A stretch of DNA of 63,911 nucleotides, counting the filler, from Kipferlia bialata (lineage: Eukaryota), in assembly GCA_003568945.1 (NCBI GenBank). It is 5 parts of 3 records of this genome, joined end to end, with 100 filler letters (N's around TTAATTAATTAA, not from the genome) between each part and the next. Parts side by side here need not be neighbours in the genome. Positions count along the whole stretch, not along the records: positions 1 to 16,876 come from BDIP01000101.1; 4 more parts are not named here. One strand, given 5' to 3'. This document shows, one piece after another, positions 1-14,214 of this stretch; position 1 is the first letter of the stretch, and every line of letters begins with the position of its first letter. The notes beneath the pieces were generated by a model. It saw nothing but the letters and a program-made list of their open reading frames with translations. It was not told where the DNA came from and did no database searches. The position numbers were made by a program, and so were the translations under genes.

Positions 1-263
1 CCTTAATTTCAAATAGCCAAGGCGGCCGGCCCCTCTTTAATAAATCTCAGCTGCTTCCATACCAGAGGTGTGTATCAAGACTTCAATATCACAGCGATAA
101 GATATATACCTCCGCTTCAGGCGCAGCATTATACTTCTGGTAAGAAATCTATTGAGTGGGCCTGTCCAGTATTATTAAGGATTCAGACACCCCAATACAA
201 ACGACATCTAATAGTATAAAGACACACACACACACACACACACAAGCACTGTGGTGCCGCCCC

Positions 264-500
264 TCACTCCTGGGCCTCCTTGGCCATCTTCTTGGCCTTC
301 CTCCTGACCAGGGCCCTCTCTCTGTTCCTGGCGTCCTTGGCAAGGCCCTGCGTGAGACGGCATATATATGTACCAATACAATGATTCATATCCGAACAGA
401 AGAGGACACGGCACCTTGTTCATCTTTGCTGCCTCGATGACTGCACCCTTTCTGATGATGACGTCGGGCATGATGGCACGGCGGTGGCCACCTGGGTTGG

Positions 501-540
<40 letters not shown>

Positions 541-2597
541 CACCTGCGGATGTCCACTCTCTGGACACACTCTGGATGGCTGCATTGTGCTGCACCGCAG
601 TGCCTGTACCATGACCAGCCTTCTTAAGCACTGGGGGTGAGGACGGGGAGAGAGAGGGAGGGAGAGAGACAGAGGGCACCTCACACCGCATACACCCTAC
701 CTAGCTTGTTGACGCCCTTCCTCTCGTGGCTATCGTTGATGATGGCCCTGATCTGCTTGCCAACCACCTCGGCCTACAGTGAGGGTCATAGAGAGGGTCA
801 TAGATTGGGTCGAAGGGTGGATAGGGAGACAGTCAGTGGCGGTACAGACATGGAGGGATGCATGGTAGAACCCCACCTTCTTTCTGGCCTCCCTGGCAAA
901 GGCGGCATTGTTGTTCTTGTTCTTTCTCTTCTTCTTCTTCTTGACACCTGGGCCTGGGGGGTGAGGGGATATACAATCACTACTGCACAACACCTACCCT
1001 ATTCTGCATCCATGCATACCCTCTGTACACACCCCCACCCACCTGTCCAGCTGCCAAATCCTGGCATGTCTTCGTCCTGGGTCCTCTTGGGGGCAGGCTC
1101 CTCCAGCATGTCCTATCAGTCAGAGGGGGAGAGGGAGGGAGAGAGGGAGGGAGAGAGAGAAATCGATACCACACCATTCGTCATATACACCGAAGCATGT
1201 GTACCTCGAGTGTGTTCACAGCCACGCTGCCGAATGCCTCTCTGAGCACATCATCGTTCTCCCCCTGCCTCTCCCCCTTGCCCCCCGTGCCGTCCCCCCC
1301 GGCCGTTGTGATCATGACCTCCTCCTCAGACTCACTGTCACTCTCACTCTCCTCGGCTGCGTTGCTGCCCAGCCACTGCGACAGAGTAGCTGGGGGTCAG
1401 TGCACACTCATGAACAGTGTAGAATGGCACATTCCCTAATTCAACTCCCCCACTGCTATATCCACCCACCTGTCTTCCTGACGTTGCGTGTGCCCATGGC
1501 GAGGCCTGCCTTCTCTCTCTCCCTCTGGTCGGCCTTGTCCCTGGCACGCTGGGTCTCTCTCTCTCTCTCGGCCTCAGCGGCAGCCTCGGCAGCGGCCTAG
1601 AGGTCAGAACATCTCGTATCAAACATTACATCAATATGCAATAAAATATAATACCAGGGAAGAGTCGATGGAGAGTGTCACACTCCTTGCGTACCTTCCC
1701 TGCCTCTGCCTCTCTCTCTCTCTCTCTCTGGGCCTCCTCTGCCTGCACCCCTTCCACGTCGCTATCCTCCTCCTCGGCCTCCCCCTCAGCCCCCTGGGGT
1801 CCCCCGAATGTCATGTACCCAACCTCAGTGCCAGAGGTGTCTGCCCCAGTGCCTCCTGCCCTCCTCTCTCTCTCCGCCTTGCGCTGGGCCTTGTCCCTGG
1901 CCTCGGCCTGGGGGGAGAGGGGGTACGCATGAACATACATTTATACAAACATAAATATATACACATATACTCCCCCTCCCACATCTCCATGTACCTTCTT
2001 CATGAAGTCCAGTCCAAAGAGAGCACTGTCGGGGGCGTCGTCTCCCTTCTTGCCCTCTCCCTCTCCCTCTCCCTCTGCGCCACTCTCCTCCTCGCTGTCT
2101 GTCTCCTCATCACTGTCCTCAAACAGTCCCCGGTGCGACATGCCAGAACCTGGGGGGTGAGACATTAATAGTAGTATCGACACACTCTATGCCCTCTACC
2201 CATCCACTGCCCCTACCTCTCTCCACCGCATCGATCTCCCTGGCCTGAGCCATGGCCTGTGTAGCCTCATCTTCAGTGGAGGCAATGGCCTGGCGCCTAG
2301 GGTCAGGGTGGAGAACAAGAGGCACACCAACAGATACATGATATACACTACATGTCCACATGACTCCTGAGTGCCCACCTTGTCTTCTTCTCCCCGAGTG
2401 CCAGCCTGGCTGCCTTCTCGGCCTTGGCCTTGGCGTTGTGCACCTTCCTAGGGGGTCAGGGTCACGATCAGAGGGAAGGGAGAGAGAGAGAGAGGTATGT
2501 GCAGCCTGGGGCACCTGAACTTCCTGCTCTTGATCCTCTTCCACCTCTTCAGCTTGGCATCGTCAAACACCCGCTTGGCCCTGGCTGCAGCCTTGGC
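264..2597 (-). CDS. UTP14: U3 snoRNA-associated protein 14 (Utp14), multi-exon, 5' part missing
   Basis: Spliced minus-strand exons give AKRVFDDAKLKRWKRIKSRKFR (Utp14 KxKRxKKIKSKxYR-like motif), EEPAPKRTQDEDMPGFGSWTG (LPGWGSW-like motif) and C-terminal SVSREWTSAGGHRRAIMPDVIIRKGAVIEA (PIGxEWT...PxVIxKxGxII-like). Stop TGA at 264-266. The first visible exon opens on an acceptor (ctgaccccag), not an ATG. Confidence 0.8.
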
Positions 2598-2724
2598 CTG
2601 GGGTCAGGGGGGGGGGGGGGGCTGGGGGTTTGTTGTTTTTTGTTGTGTTTTTCCCCCCCCCCCCCCCCCTCTCTTCTCATGTCTCTCTCTACACCCACTC
2701 CCTTTATCTCCATCTCACATCCAG

Positions 2725-2812
2725 GTAGCAAGGAGACACCAGAGGACCCATCGTTAGGTATCCTACATATATATATGTATACATATATATATATATATAA
2801 ATATATATATAT

Positions 2813-2847
<35 letters not shown>

Positions 2848-3416
2848 AGAGGACCTATCACAAGGTGTATATATATATCTCGGTCTGACACGATATTGAT
2901 ACAATTGAGCCACATTGATTCGTACTGACACGTCATCATGTGCCCATCGGTGTATCTCTCTCTCTCTCTTTCAGTGTTCTAATGAATAGGCAATACATCC
3001 TCTGCCACCTCTGATGATCTCCCTCTCTCTCTCTCTCTCTCCCTCTACACACTTATTGTCAGGCCAGATCCAGAGACACCTCTCTCTCTCTCTCTCTCTC
3101 TCTCCCTCTACACCCTTATTGTCAGGCCAGATCCAGAGGCAGACCCTGGCAGACCTCAGTCTGACAAACAGCCTAGGTATGTATTACTATATATGTGTAT
3201 ATATATTTGTGTATGTATAATATCATTGGCAAGTATGCCAATGAAGTAGTGAGTCTCTATCTATATGCACTAAACCCTTATATTCAGGCCAGTATGAGAG
3301 AGAGGCAGGTCTAGAGGGAGAGACTGAGAGTGAGAGAGAAGCAGAGAGAGAGAGAGACCTACAGATGGATGGGTACCTCAACATGGTCGGTACGTATCTC
3401 TGTCTCCCTCTACCGT

Positions 3417-3447
<31 letters not shown>

Positions 3448-6400
3448 CTACACGTTGTATATGTGTTAATCTATCTTACCTCAGACACTCTCTCCCCCTC
3501 CCAGCTGGCACTGTTTGAGCACCTCTCTGCGGTCTACATTCCCGCTAAGAAGGTATGGGTTCGAGCCCCGCTCCATCTACTTTTATCTGATACCAGGTCT
3601 ACCCTGAGGTTGGCAAGGATGCCCTATCTTCCATGTCTCTCTCCCTAGGAGAGAGAGAGGCAGAGGCAGAGGCAGAGAGACTGGAGCTGGAGAGAGAGGT
3701 ACCTAAATGTACATATATCGCAATTATATCCGTATATGCGTCCACATATATAAAATTGTATTTTTGTATATATACTAACTATATAGGTATACATAGAGAT
3801 AAATATAAAGATACTGGAGCTGGAGAGAGAGGTTCGATCTATTTGTGTATATATGTGTATGTCCGTATTTCTGTTATTCTCTCTCTTACCGGTCGAGATG
3901 TACCTCTTGTATGATTATGTATATATACTACTATACCTAACTCCTAGGAGAGAGAGAGTGCCCAGCTGGGTGAGGTGGAGTCCAGCATACAGCAGGACAT
4001 CGGGCAGATCAGGTATATATTTTGTTATTCTATATCATATTTTTTGTATGGTGACAAATTATTATTCATTAATAATATTTGTCTCATTCTATATATAATG
4101 ATGAGTCCAGCATACAGCAGGACATCGGGCAGATAAGGTATATATTGTATATATCCTCTATATAGGAATGTATGCAAGCATGTATATATTCTATATACTG
4201 TATTGTACTCACCCCAGGGCTGTGATTGAGTACCAGGAGGATATACTATATGGAACAAAAAGACTCTATAAACTATACATATACTATATACTGTATATAT
4301 ACTGTATATGTACAATACTATATATATGTACATGTATGTGTGTATATACTCACCCCAGGGCTGTGATTGAGCAGACTCACAAATACCATGGTATATATGC
4401 CATATATACTATATACTATATTTACTCTCTACTATATATACTGTATTATCCTCACCCCAGGGCTGTGATTGAGCAGACCGAGAAGGGAGGATATACTCCA
4501 TATTCTACATATACTATATATACTATATATATATATATATTTATATATATGTGTGTGTTATTCTCACCCCAGGGCTGTGATTGAGCAGACTGAGAAGGGA
4601 GGGGTGGTGCCAGAGGGGAATGAGGTGAGAGTGTATTATATGAATATATATATATATATAAATATGGTTGAATATATAAATATATATAAATATGGTATAT
4701 ACATGTAGATGTATATACCTTCATATGTGTTTTTGTGATATGGTATTGTATATGTATATATTATGGTATGAAAGTATTGAAGGGAGGGGTGGTGCCAGAG
4801 GGGAACGAGGTGAGTATATAATATATGTATTCATCTCTATGGTGTATATATATACATATATATACATATATACCTTCGTATATATTTGACAATTAGGACC
4901 TCCTCACCAACCTGGGACCCAAGCTGGATGCACAATATGTATATATATGCTATCATGTATTATACACCTCAACTGTTGTATTTTACCTTAGTATATACCA
5001 ATATACCTCTAATCCCTAGGACCTCCTCACCAACCTGGGACCCAAGCTGGATGCACTAGTGGCCATGCGAAAGGTATGTTTTGTACTTGCTATAAACACC
5101 ATTATCTAACATATACAGTATTGCTAAAGACATTGTATTGTGTTGGAATGTTTCCCTGTGTGAGTGTTCTATTTATTTGTGATTCATTACACCCCTAATC
5201 CCAGGCCGGTGTTGCTGCCCGTATCAGAGAGGAGCGCAAGAATGGACAGGTACTCTCTCTCTGTCTCTCTCTGTCTCTCTCACACACACACAACACGTTA
5301 ATATGTACACATATACACCTCTATATTGTTCTACTTTCTCTCCCTTATTCACTACCATCTTCTACACCCTTAATTCAGATGGACCGCAGACAGGCTCATG
5401 TGAACAGAGATATCGCCGACGGAGGTATGTGTCTATGTATATATATAGAGAGAGAGAATATATACACGTTGCACAGAATTATTAGGAATAATAATGATCA
5501 AATAGAAAGTAGAGGAGTGTGTATTATTATTCACCTGTGTAATAACCCCCAGCTGGCCACCACATGCTTGGCTTCCCCATGTCTATATCATAAATCATAT
5601 ATTTATAATGAGATATAGAAATCATTGGTCATTATAATAGTATGATACATGTAATTACTTCATATAACCTCAGCCGGCCACCACATGCTGGGCTTCCCCA
5701 TGTCCCCATACACCAGACAGGCATTCTCAGGGGAACTAGATGTACGGGTGCATGAATACATATACATGTATACATATACATATATATGTATTATTTATAT
5801 GTATTATTGGAGAGTGGTAATTATTCCTAGACCCTTACTTTTGTCCCCATGTCCCCATACAAGCATTCTCAGGGGAACTGGATGTACGTATGCTGTACAA
5901 TCTCTCTCTCTCACACACACCCACACACCCTTATTCTCAGGGTGTCCATGTTCTCTAAATAGATACAGCTTTCTCTCTCTCCCCTACACCCTTATTTCCA
6001 GGGTGCCCCTGTTCTCGATATAGCTGAGCAAGTGGTGCGTAAAGAGAGAGAGAGACAGAGCATGGAGAGACAGCTGGAGAGGCAGAGGCAGATGGGTGTC
6101 AGCATGCCCAGTCTGCATGACACCAATGCATGTGTGCTCACACCACCATTCCCTAAGTTGCTACTGGTACGTGTGTGAATAGTATATAATCTATAGTGTA
6201 TAGCATACTTCATAATATACATATATATATATATATATAATATGTGTGTCAGGATGCCCAGTCTGCATGACACCAATGCATGTGTACTCACACCCCCATT
6301 CCCTAAGCTGTTACTGGTGAGTCTGACATGTATATATGTATATATATGTATATATATATATCAATATATATATATATATTCAGTAATTGAGCCATCACAT

Positions 6401-7413
6401 ACACATGGGATCTCTGTCTATGCTTGTTTCTCTCTCTCTACACTTCTAGTCTTTAACTCTAGGCCAGGTGTCCCTGGATGTTTGCTCAGTGGTGGAAGGA
6501 GAGGTATGACGTTATGTATCTGTTTGCTGTATTTCCCTGTGGGCTAGGTGTTCATATATCCCAAGGAGCAGACACTCTGCCTCTATTGGCTGAATACTCT
6601 CTTTCGCGTTGATCTAGTTGATAAATGTATGTATACATTATTGGTGTATGTATGTACATCTATATACCTCACTCTTGGGAGCAGTCTTTCTGCCTGTACT
6701 GGCTGTATACTCTCTCTCAGTCAAATTGATTGTATATGTATATGTAGGATCGATTTGGGTATGAGTATGTATATACATGTATATATATACTGACCCTAGG
6801 GAGGAGTCTTTCTGCCTGTACTGGCTGAATGCCCCCAGAGAGGCAGCCATACAGATGGTCAAGGAGGTATTATTAATGTGTATGAATATTCATTATATAT
6901 CTGTCTCAATAGGGAGAGAGAGATAGAGAGATAGTCCCCAGTATATATGCATGTATATTTCTATATCTATATCCTCATTGCCAGGCTGTTCTGAACGTGT
7001 GTGCGTGCATCACGCCTCCATACCAGCATACAGTGACAGAGCCAGAGGCAGAGGGAGAGACAGAGACAGAGGCAGGAGAGAAGGAGGGAGAGACTCCTGC
7101 TGATGAGACTGAGGCTGGTAATAAGAGTGTAGAGGGAGAGGGAGAGAGAGAGACCGAGACTGTACAAGAGGAGGGCGAGGTTATTGAGACAGTCATTAGG
7201 GATAGGGGGATGGGAGAGAGAGAGACTGTCATTAGAGTGTGCGGGGGACTGCTACTGGCAACAGTCATGCAGGAGGTAAGTATAACTGTTGATATACCTA
7301 TAAGTCAATTATATGGGTGAAGTTTTCATATATATATAATATACATGTGTAATAGTTTGTATATATATGTCTATATTTTTACTGCTCCTGGCCACAGTCA
7401 TGCAGGAGGTGTG

Positions 7414-7469
<56 letters not shown>

Positions 7470-7750
7470 TACGCCCCTTATACCTAGGAGGACCGTCTTC
7501 TGCTACCGAGACTGATCAGGGCACTTGGATTCATGCTAGGTATATATAGTATAGTCAAATGAATATATATATATATATGTGTGTGTGTGTAGGTAGGGTA
7601 TATGTATGCATATATATATGTATAAATAGGTGAGTATATATATTAGTGTATCAATATACATTGACAATGTACACACCAGGCTTCATGCTAGGTATAGGTA
7701 CATGTGTTTTTATTGGGTTTTCTCTCACCCTAGACCCTTCCTCTGTCAAC

Positions 7751-7785
<35 letters not shown>

Positions 7786-10700
7786 CCTAGACCCTTCCTC
7801 TGTCAACCGGTGTATCTGCCAGTCAGAGCCAGAGATACTCTCTCCACCCACCCTCACCGACATGGATGAGGGAAATAGGGGTGTAGAAGGAGAGAGAGAG
7901 AGAGAGAGAGGCCCTGGTGATGATTCCCCTCTTGTTCCCCTAGTACCCACTTTTGTCAGAGACAATCACAGGATAATCAGCGATGCCTGCGCTCTGGTAA
8001 GTGATTTCTCTCTCTCTCTCTCTCTCTTAACCAATATATATATATATTTGGTTACATGTATATGTGTATATACTATTATACCCACCTTTGTCAGAGACAA
8101 CCACAGGATAATCAGTGATGCATGCGGTCTGGTATGTAAATTATGTATAATCTGTACTCTCGCTACACCTTCTATATATATGGATCATGACTCATGCAGG
8201 CGCATTGGTACGATTCTCCCTCTCTCTCTCTCTACACCCTTAATTCCAGGTCCTAGAGCCCCTTACTCTCTCCCTCTCCGACTCCATGTCTGATGATTCT
8301 CTCTCTCTCTCTACACCCTTAATACCAGGTCCTTGAGCCTCTGACCCTCTCCCTCTCCGACTCCATGTCTGATGAGATTCACGGACCCATGTACTACATG
8401 GAGATAGACCAGGCTATCAGGTAAAGATATATGTATATATATATAGGTAGAGAGAGAGAGAGAGAGATCTATGCACTACATGGAGATAAACCAGGCTGTG
8501 AGGTAGAGACTCCTGTTCTTTCTGTATATCTCCCTGTTTTTGGTATGTGTGCTATTAGTCGCTATTCATGTGTATAATAGCCTCGTTACTTGTATGACTC
8601 TCCTCACCCCAGATACCTCTATCTGTCTGTCCTGGAGATATGCTCCACATACGCACACTACACAGAGAGGTACGGGTATTTGTGCTTTCTGTATACTTTT
8701 GTTTGAGAAGGTATGTTCTTATGTTTCACAGAGAGGTTCGTGTATTAGTGGATATATTACTACTAGTATTCGACGGAGTCTGAAAGTCCTATTTCGAGAG
8801 GATGTCTGGATATATCTGATAAATGATCTAGTTATCAAGTATATAGTACTCATCTCTAGGGAGAGAGAGATATCCAGGCTGAAGTCCCAGGGCGAGTGCA
8901 TAGACCACCTGTACTACCACAGACCAGTGGACAAGGCTGAGGAGGGTATGTATAGTGTATATATACGAGTAGATAGTATTTATATGTGGTGTATATACAT
9001 ATACTACCACAGACCTGTGGACAAGGCCGATGAAGGTATGTCTCTCTCTCTCTCTCTCTCTCGCTCTCTCTCTCCTTCTACACCCTTAATCCCCAGATGA
9101 CACACCCAGTGTGTATGACCCCAGCACAACCCTTGACAGGTATGTGTACTCACATATATATTTATATATATATATATATTAATATATGTATAATGAGTCT
9201 ACAAATGTGGTATTAGTATAATAAACACACATTTGTACTATTATACATATATACCAGTGTGTTTGATCCCAACACAACCCTGGACAGGTATGAGGGCATT
9301 TACATCTATATATATCTTTGACTCTTTAGTATAAGTATATATATATAATAACAGACATATATAGTTTATCTTAACAATATCATGTGTGGGGCTTGGACTT
9401 TGGGCATAATGGCTCTTACCCCAGAATTATTGACTCCGCTGCAAAGCTGGGTCATACATATATATGTATAATTGATTAATATATATATTCATTTCAATAG
9501 ATAAGCAAAACTCTAATAGAATCCTTACCCAAGAATTATTGACTCCGCGGCCCTCACCAAGGGCCCAGCTGGCTCATATATACTATATATATACATATAT
9601 AAGTATATAAATAGTAATATATATAGATATTTGCATTAACACCAGGATCATTGACTCTGCTGCCCTCACTAAGGGCCCCGCTGGCTCATACATGCAAGAC
9701 AGGGAGAGAGAGACTGCCTTAGAGGGTGCAGCTGGGGAGACTGGAACGTCTAAAACTGGTGAAGATGCGGCTGAGACTGATGTACCCCCTGGAGCGTCTG
9801 AAGCGTCTGAAACGGCCAGCCATCACAGCCAGTACGAGGAGTGGGCTAAGAGAGAGAGGTGTGTTCAGTATGGCGTGTGGATATATTGCAATATGTGGAG
9901 AATAGGTGAGATGTGTATATTTAATACTGCAACTTATCTTCAGGGAGAGACTGCGTGAGCAAGAGAGAGAGAACCAGATCAACCCTGAGACTGAAGTCAT
10001 GATCACAGACACGGCGGAGGTATAATATAGTGTATATTTATTCATATATAGTGTGTATATGTTATAGTTAAGAGAGAGTGTGTTGTATATGTGTATAGTA
10101 TATAATAATTCCTTCCCTGAGACTGAGGTCATGATCACAGACACGGCAGAAGTGTGTATATGTATATATTATACTAAATTATTATAGTTGTTGTATTATG
10201 CATACATATATATATATATATTGGTATAGTATGATTCCTACCCTGACACTGAGGTCATGATCACAGACACAGCTGAGGTATACTCTCATATACATGCATG
10301 CATATATTCACACGGTATTTTTGGTATACCAGTATGTATATATCAATATATATACAGTTAGTATTTAGGTAGAGTGTATATATATACTCAGTGACTGAGC
10401 TCATGATCACAGACACAGCAGAGGTATGTTTACATACATTATGTCTGTATGTGTGTGAATACCCTGGATGTCATATGTATATTGTGATATGTATACACTT
10501 ATGGTCTCTCTCTTCACCCTTATGTCAGCCTGTCCCTGTTCTGCCCACCCATCTCTCTCTCTCTCTCTCTGTCTCTCTCTGTCTCTCTCTCTCTCTCTCT
10601 CTATCTATCTGCACCCTTATACCAGCCTGTCCCTGTTCTGCCCACCCTCCTAGACCACGAGAGACACAGTGATAAGGTATATATACAGTGTGTATGATGA

Positions 10701-11225
10701 ACGTCAGTGATATAGTTATATAGTACCCCATGTATATGCATCTCCTAGACCACGAGAGACACAGTGATAAGGTGTGTATGTATATATATATATAATAGTA
10801 TTGAATACTGTACGTATTTGTATATAATATTATATAATGTATGTATATATATGATGAACGCCACAGAGAGACACAGTGATAAGGTGTGTAATTGTATATT
10901 TGGGGTATATTTGGGGTATATACTGTGTTTATGTGTTGAAACCATAAAGACACCTTTATGTTGTTGAATTTTCTCTCCTCTCCTAACGTCAGCTCTTCTC
11001 GGCCGCTCTCTCCACCGAAGCCGTACACCCAACGGTTGATATCCCATACCACTCCGATATTGAGATTGAGGGAGATGGAGATATGGATGGAGAGACTCCA
11101 GAGGGGCCATTTAACACTGTGGTGGTGCCCGTTGACTTTAACGTCCCTGCCACTATCACTGGGCTGGCTGCCATCATGATCAGGGTATGGATACATATAT
11201 AGACACATGCATATAAATAAATACC

Positions 11226-11260
<35 letters not shown>

Positions 11261-11610
11261 CTTTAGAGAGATAGAGAGAGAGAGAGAGTAGTCTGCCACT
11301 ATCACAGGACTGGCTGCCATCATGATTAGGTGTGTAATAATATATATATATATATATATATATCCTAGTGGGAGAGCGACCTGCCATCATGATAAGGGTA
11401 AGTGTGCCATGTCCTACTGTCCCCGCGATTCTTTCTCTCTCTCTCCCTACACCCTTTTTCTCTCCCTCTACACCCTTTATCTCACCCCTAAACCCTAATT
11501 CTCACCCCCAGTCTGGCAGGGGTATCCCAGACCAGTACTACTCCAGAGGTGAGTCCAGTCTCTCTCTCTCTCTCTCNNNNNNNNNNNCAGTACTACTCCA
11601 GAGGTGAGTC

Positions 11611-11643
<33 letters not shown>

Positions 11644-12120
11644 ATAATAATAATCTATGTGTATCCCAGACCAGTACTACTCCAGAGGTGAGTGTACATA
11701 TGTGTGTGAATACCAATTGCTGCCGTTCTTTACATATCTATGTATGTCAATCTCTGTCTTTCTCTCCATATGTGTATTCATGCTCACGTACAGTCACCAC
11801 TGTTCCCCACCCCATGCCGGATAGAGTCCTAGTGCGTGCCAAGAACGTACCAAGGGTCATCTACAACGCATTCTTCGATAGAGCATCAGGCAACAGTGAC
11901 GTGGAAAGAGAGAGAGAGAGAGACACTGGAACCGGTGTCGTGCCAAGTATGTTCTTGCAGGTCATTGTGCAGCAGAGAACGGCTGAGACGTCTGAAGCGT
12001 CTGAGGCGTCAAAGTCGCTAGAGGGAGAGAGAGAGAGTGATACAGCTGTGTATCTGGAGCCAGTGGCACCCGTGGAGCAGGAGGTTACTGATGCTAGGTG
12101 TGTATATTTACCATATATGT

Positions 12121-12158
<38 letters not shown>

Positions 12159-14157
12159 TTGTATATGCTAAGGTGACAGATGCAAGGTGAATATATATGT
12201 ACTATATACTCAATATATATATGCATTTTATCATTATTGTTCCGTATACACTATATATATGAATATTAACTGACCCCAGTTCCCTGGACCATCTGCTGGG
12301 CCACCCAGACTGTATATATATATAGAGAGAGAGAGCGATGTGTATTTGTATATTACTATCGTACCATATAGTTATATTACAACACATATACTCACCCCAG
12401 TTCCCTTGACCATCTGCTGGGCCACCCGGACTCACTGCTACAGGTGGCACAGGTACGCAAGCCTTGTTTGTAATACTCCTATAGTTATATATATACTGTA
12501 CTCTGTATATGTATGGTGTATCCTGGATCACTGCTCCAGGGGGTGGATCTATACATGCACATATATAGCATTATATATACATAGAAATGGGCATACCCTG
12601 TCACTGCTACAGGTGGCACAGGTAAGGATTGAAGAAATATAGACAGTCTGTATGCAACAAGTATTCATACATGTACATACTTATTTCCATAATGGTATAC
12701 AATAGTTAATCTCTTCTTCTGTATTTCTTCTTGTTCCTCTCTATGTGTAATTACGTATGCTGACTGTCAGATTGTGATGCGTGCCCCTCTTTCCACCTGT
12801 GTAGACAGTGTCACACAGAGGTATGATATATATATAGGTGTGAATATGTATATATTGGTTTATAGACATTGACCTATATGTGTATTAATAGTGCCCCCCT
12901 GTCCACCTGTGCAGACAGTGTCACACAGAGGTATTGTCAGTGTTATGTTGTATATCTACTCTCAAGCAGCGTGTGGCGGGTGTAGTTTATGCAGAAAGAG
13001 TGTACTCTGAATATCTCACTCACTCACTTTCTCTCTCTATATATATACTCTCACGCTAGGCTAGCCACTCTGAAGCAGCGTGTGGGTGGTGTAGTGCAGA
13101 TTCCCTATTCCCTATGTTTATATATACTCTATACTATACATACATTGTATAACTAACCCAAGGCCTCCAGCCATCAAGCAGCGTGTGGCAGGTGTTGTCA
13201 AGGATGGAGAGTGTACTCTCATAGATATCTCACTCACTCACTGTCTCTCTCTATGTGTATGCACTAACACAAGGCCTCCAGCCATCAAGCAGCGTGTGGC
13301 AGGTGTTGTCAAGGAGGGAGAGGGAGAGGGAGAAGAGCCACAGAAGCAGGTCAAGGCAGAACTCGTGGATGACGTAAAGGTACTTATACTGTAGTATGTA
13401 CTGTAATGTATCTCAACATAGATATGCTATTCATTCTACTATTCATTCTACAAGTATTATTGTCCATATATATTGTGGAGAAGCCACAGAAGCAGGTCAA
13501 GGCGGAGCTCGTGGATGACGTAAAGGTATGAATAGTATATAGTAACTGTATATATACACATAGTATTGGTTATTTATTATTGTTACAGACACAATTATAT
13601 ATGTATTTGCATTGTGTATGAAGCAGGTCAAGGCAGAGCTGGTGGATGACGTCAAGGTACTGTCAGTCAAAAATATATATTATATTCTAGTGTATGTATA
13701 TACCTTACAATATTACAATTCCGGATGGTGTTAACGTATAATGTATATACATGGGTCAAGGCAGAGCTCGTGGATGATGTCAAGGTATGGCAGTTTTATA
13801 AATGTATGCATATGTATATATGTTACTATGAATATAGTGGAGTATGTTCATGTTTATATTCTTGATTGTGTATGTATATAGTGGATACCTGGGACAGGTC
13901 AATGCAGAGCTCGTAAATAGGGGTGTAGTCGTGGATGATGTAAAGGTATAGATTGTAACAGTTTTACCAGATTACCATCATGCTCCTTGTGACATCTATG
14001 CTTGTACTGTATTCATAATAATATATATACATATCTTATAATACAATATTATATTGCAATCATTACAATCATTATTGCATATGTGAATGATGCTCCTGAT
14101 GATTGATGTACATGTGTATGGAGCTTCTATACCTTCATGTGCTGTTAAATATATAAT

Positions 14158-14214
<57 letters not shown>

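Noticed and set aside
3556..3577. tRNA T-loop-like gggttcgagccc
   Set aside because: Lies in a ~45-nt intron, and no D arm, anticodon arm or acceptor stem can be folded.
11532..11640. Perfect echo cagtactactccagag|gtgagt at 11588
   Set aside because: Identical copy directly across an 11-N scaffold gap, so probably an unmerged overlap. Not counted as echo evidence.
13343..13947. Repeat-spacer arrays resembling CRISPR
   Set aside because: The repeats are copies of the neighbouring exon end plus GT, the spacers are 100+ nt of low-complexity intron, the context is eukaryotic and there are no cas genes.
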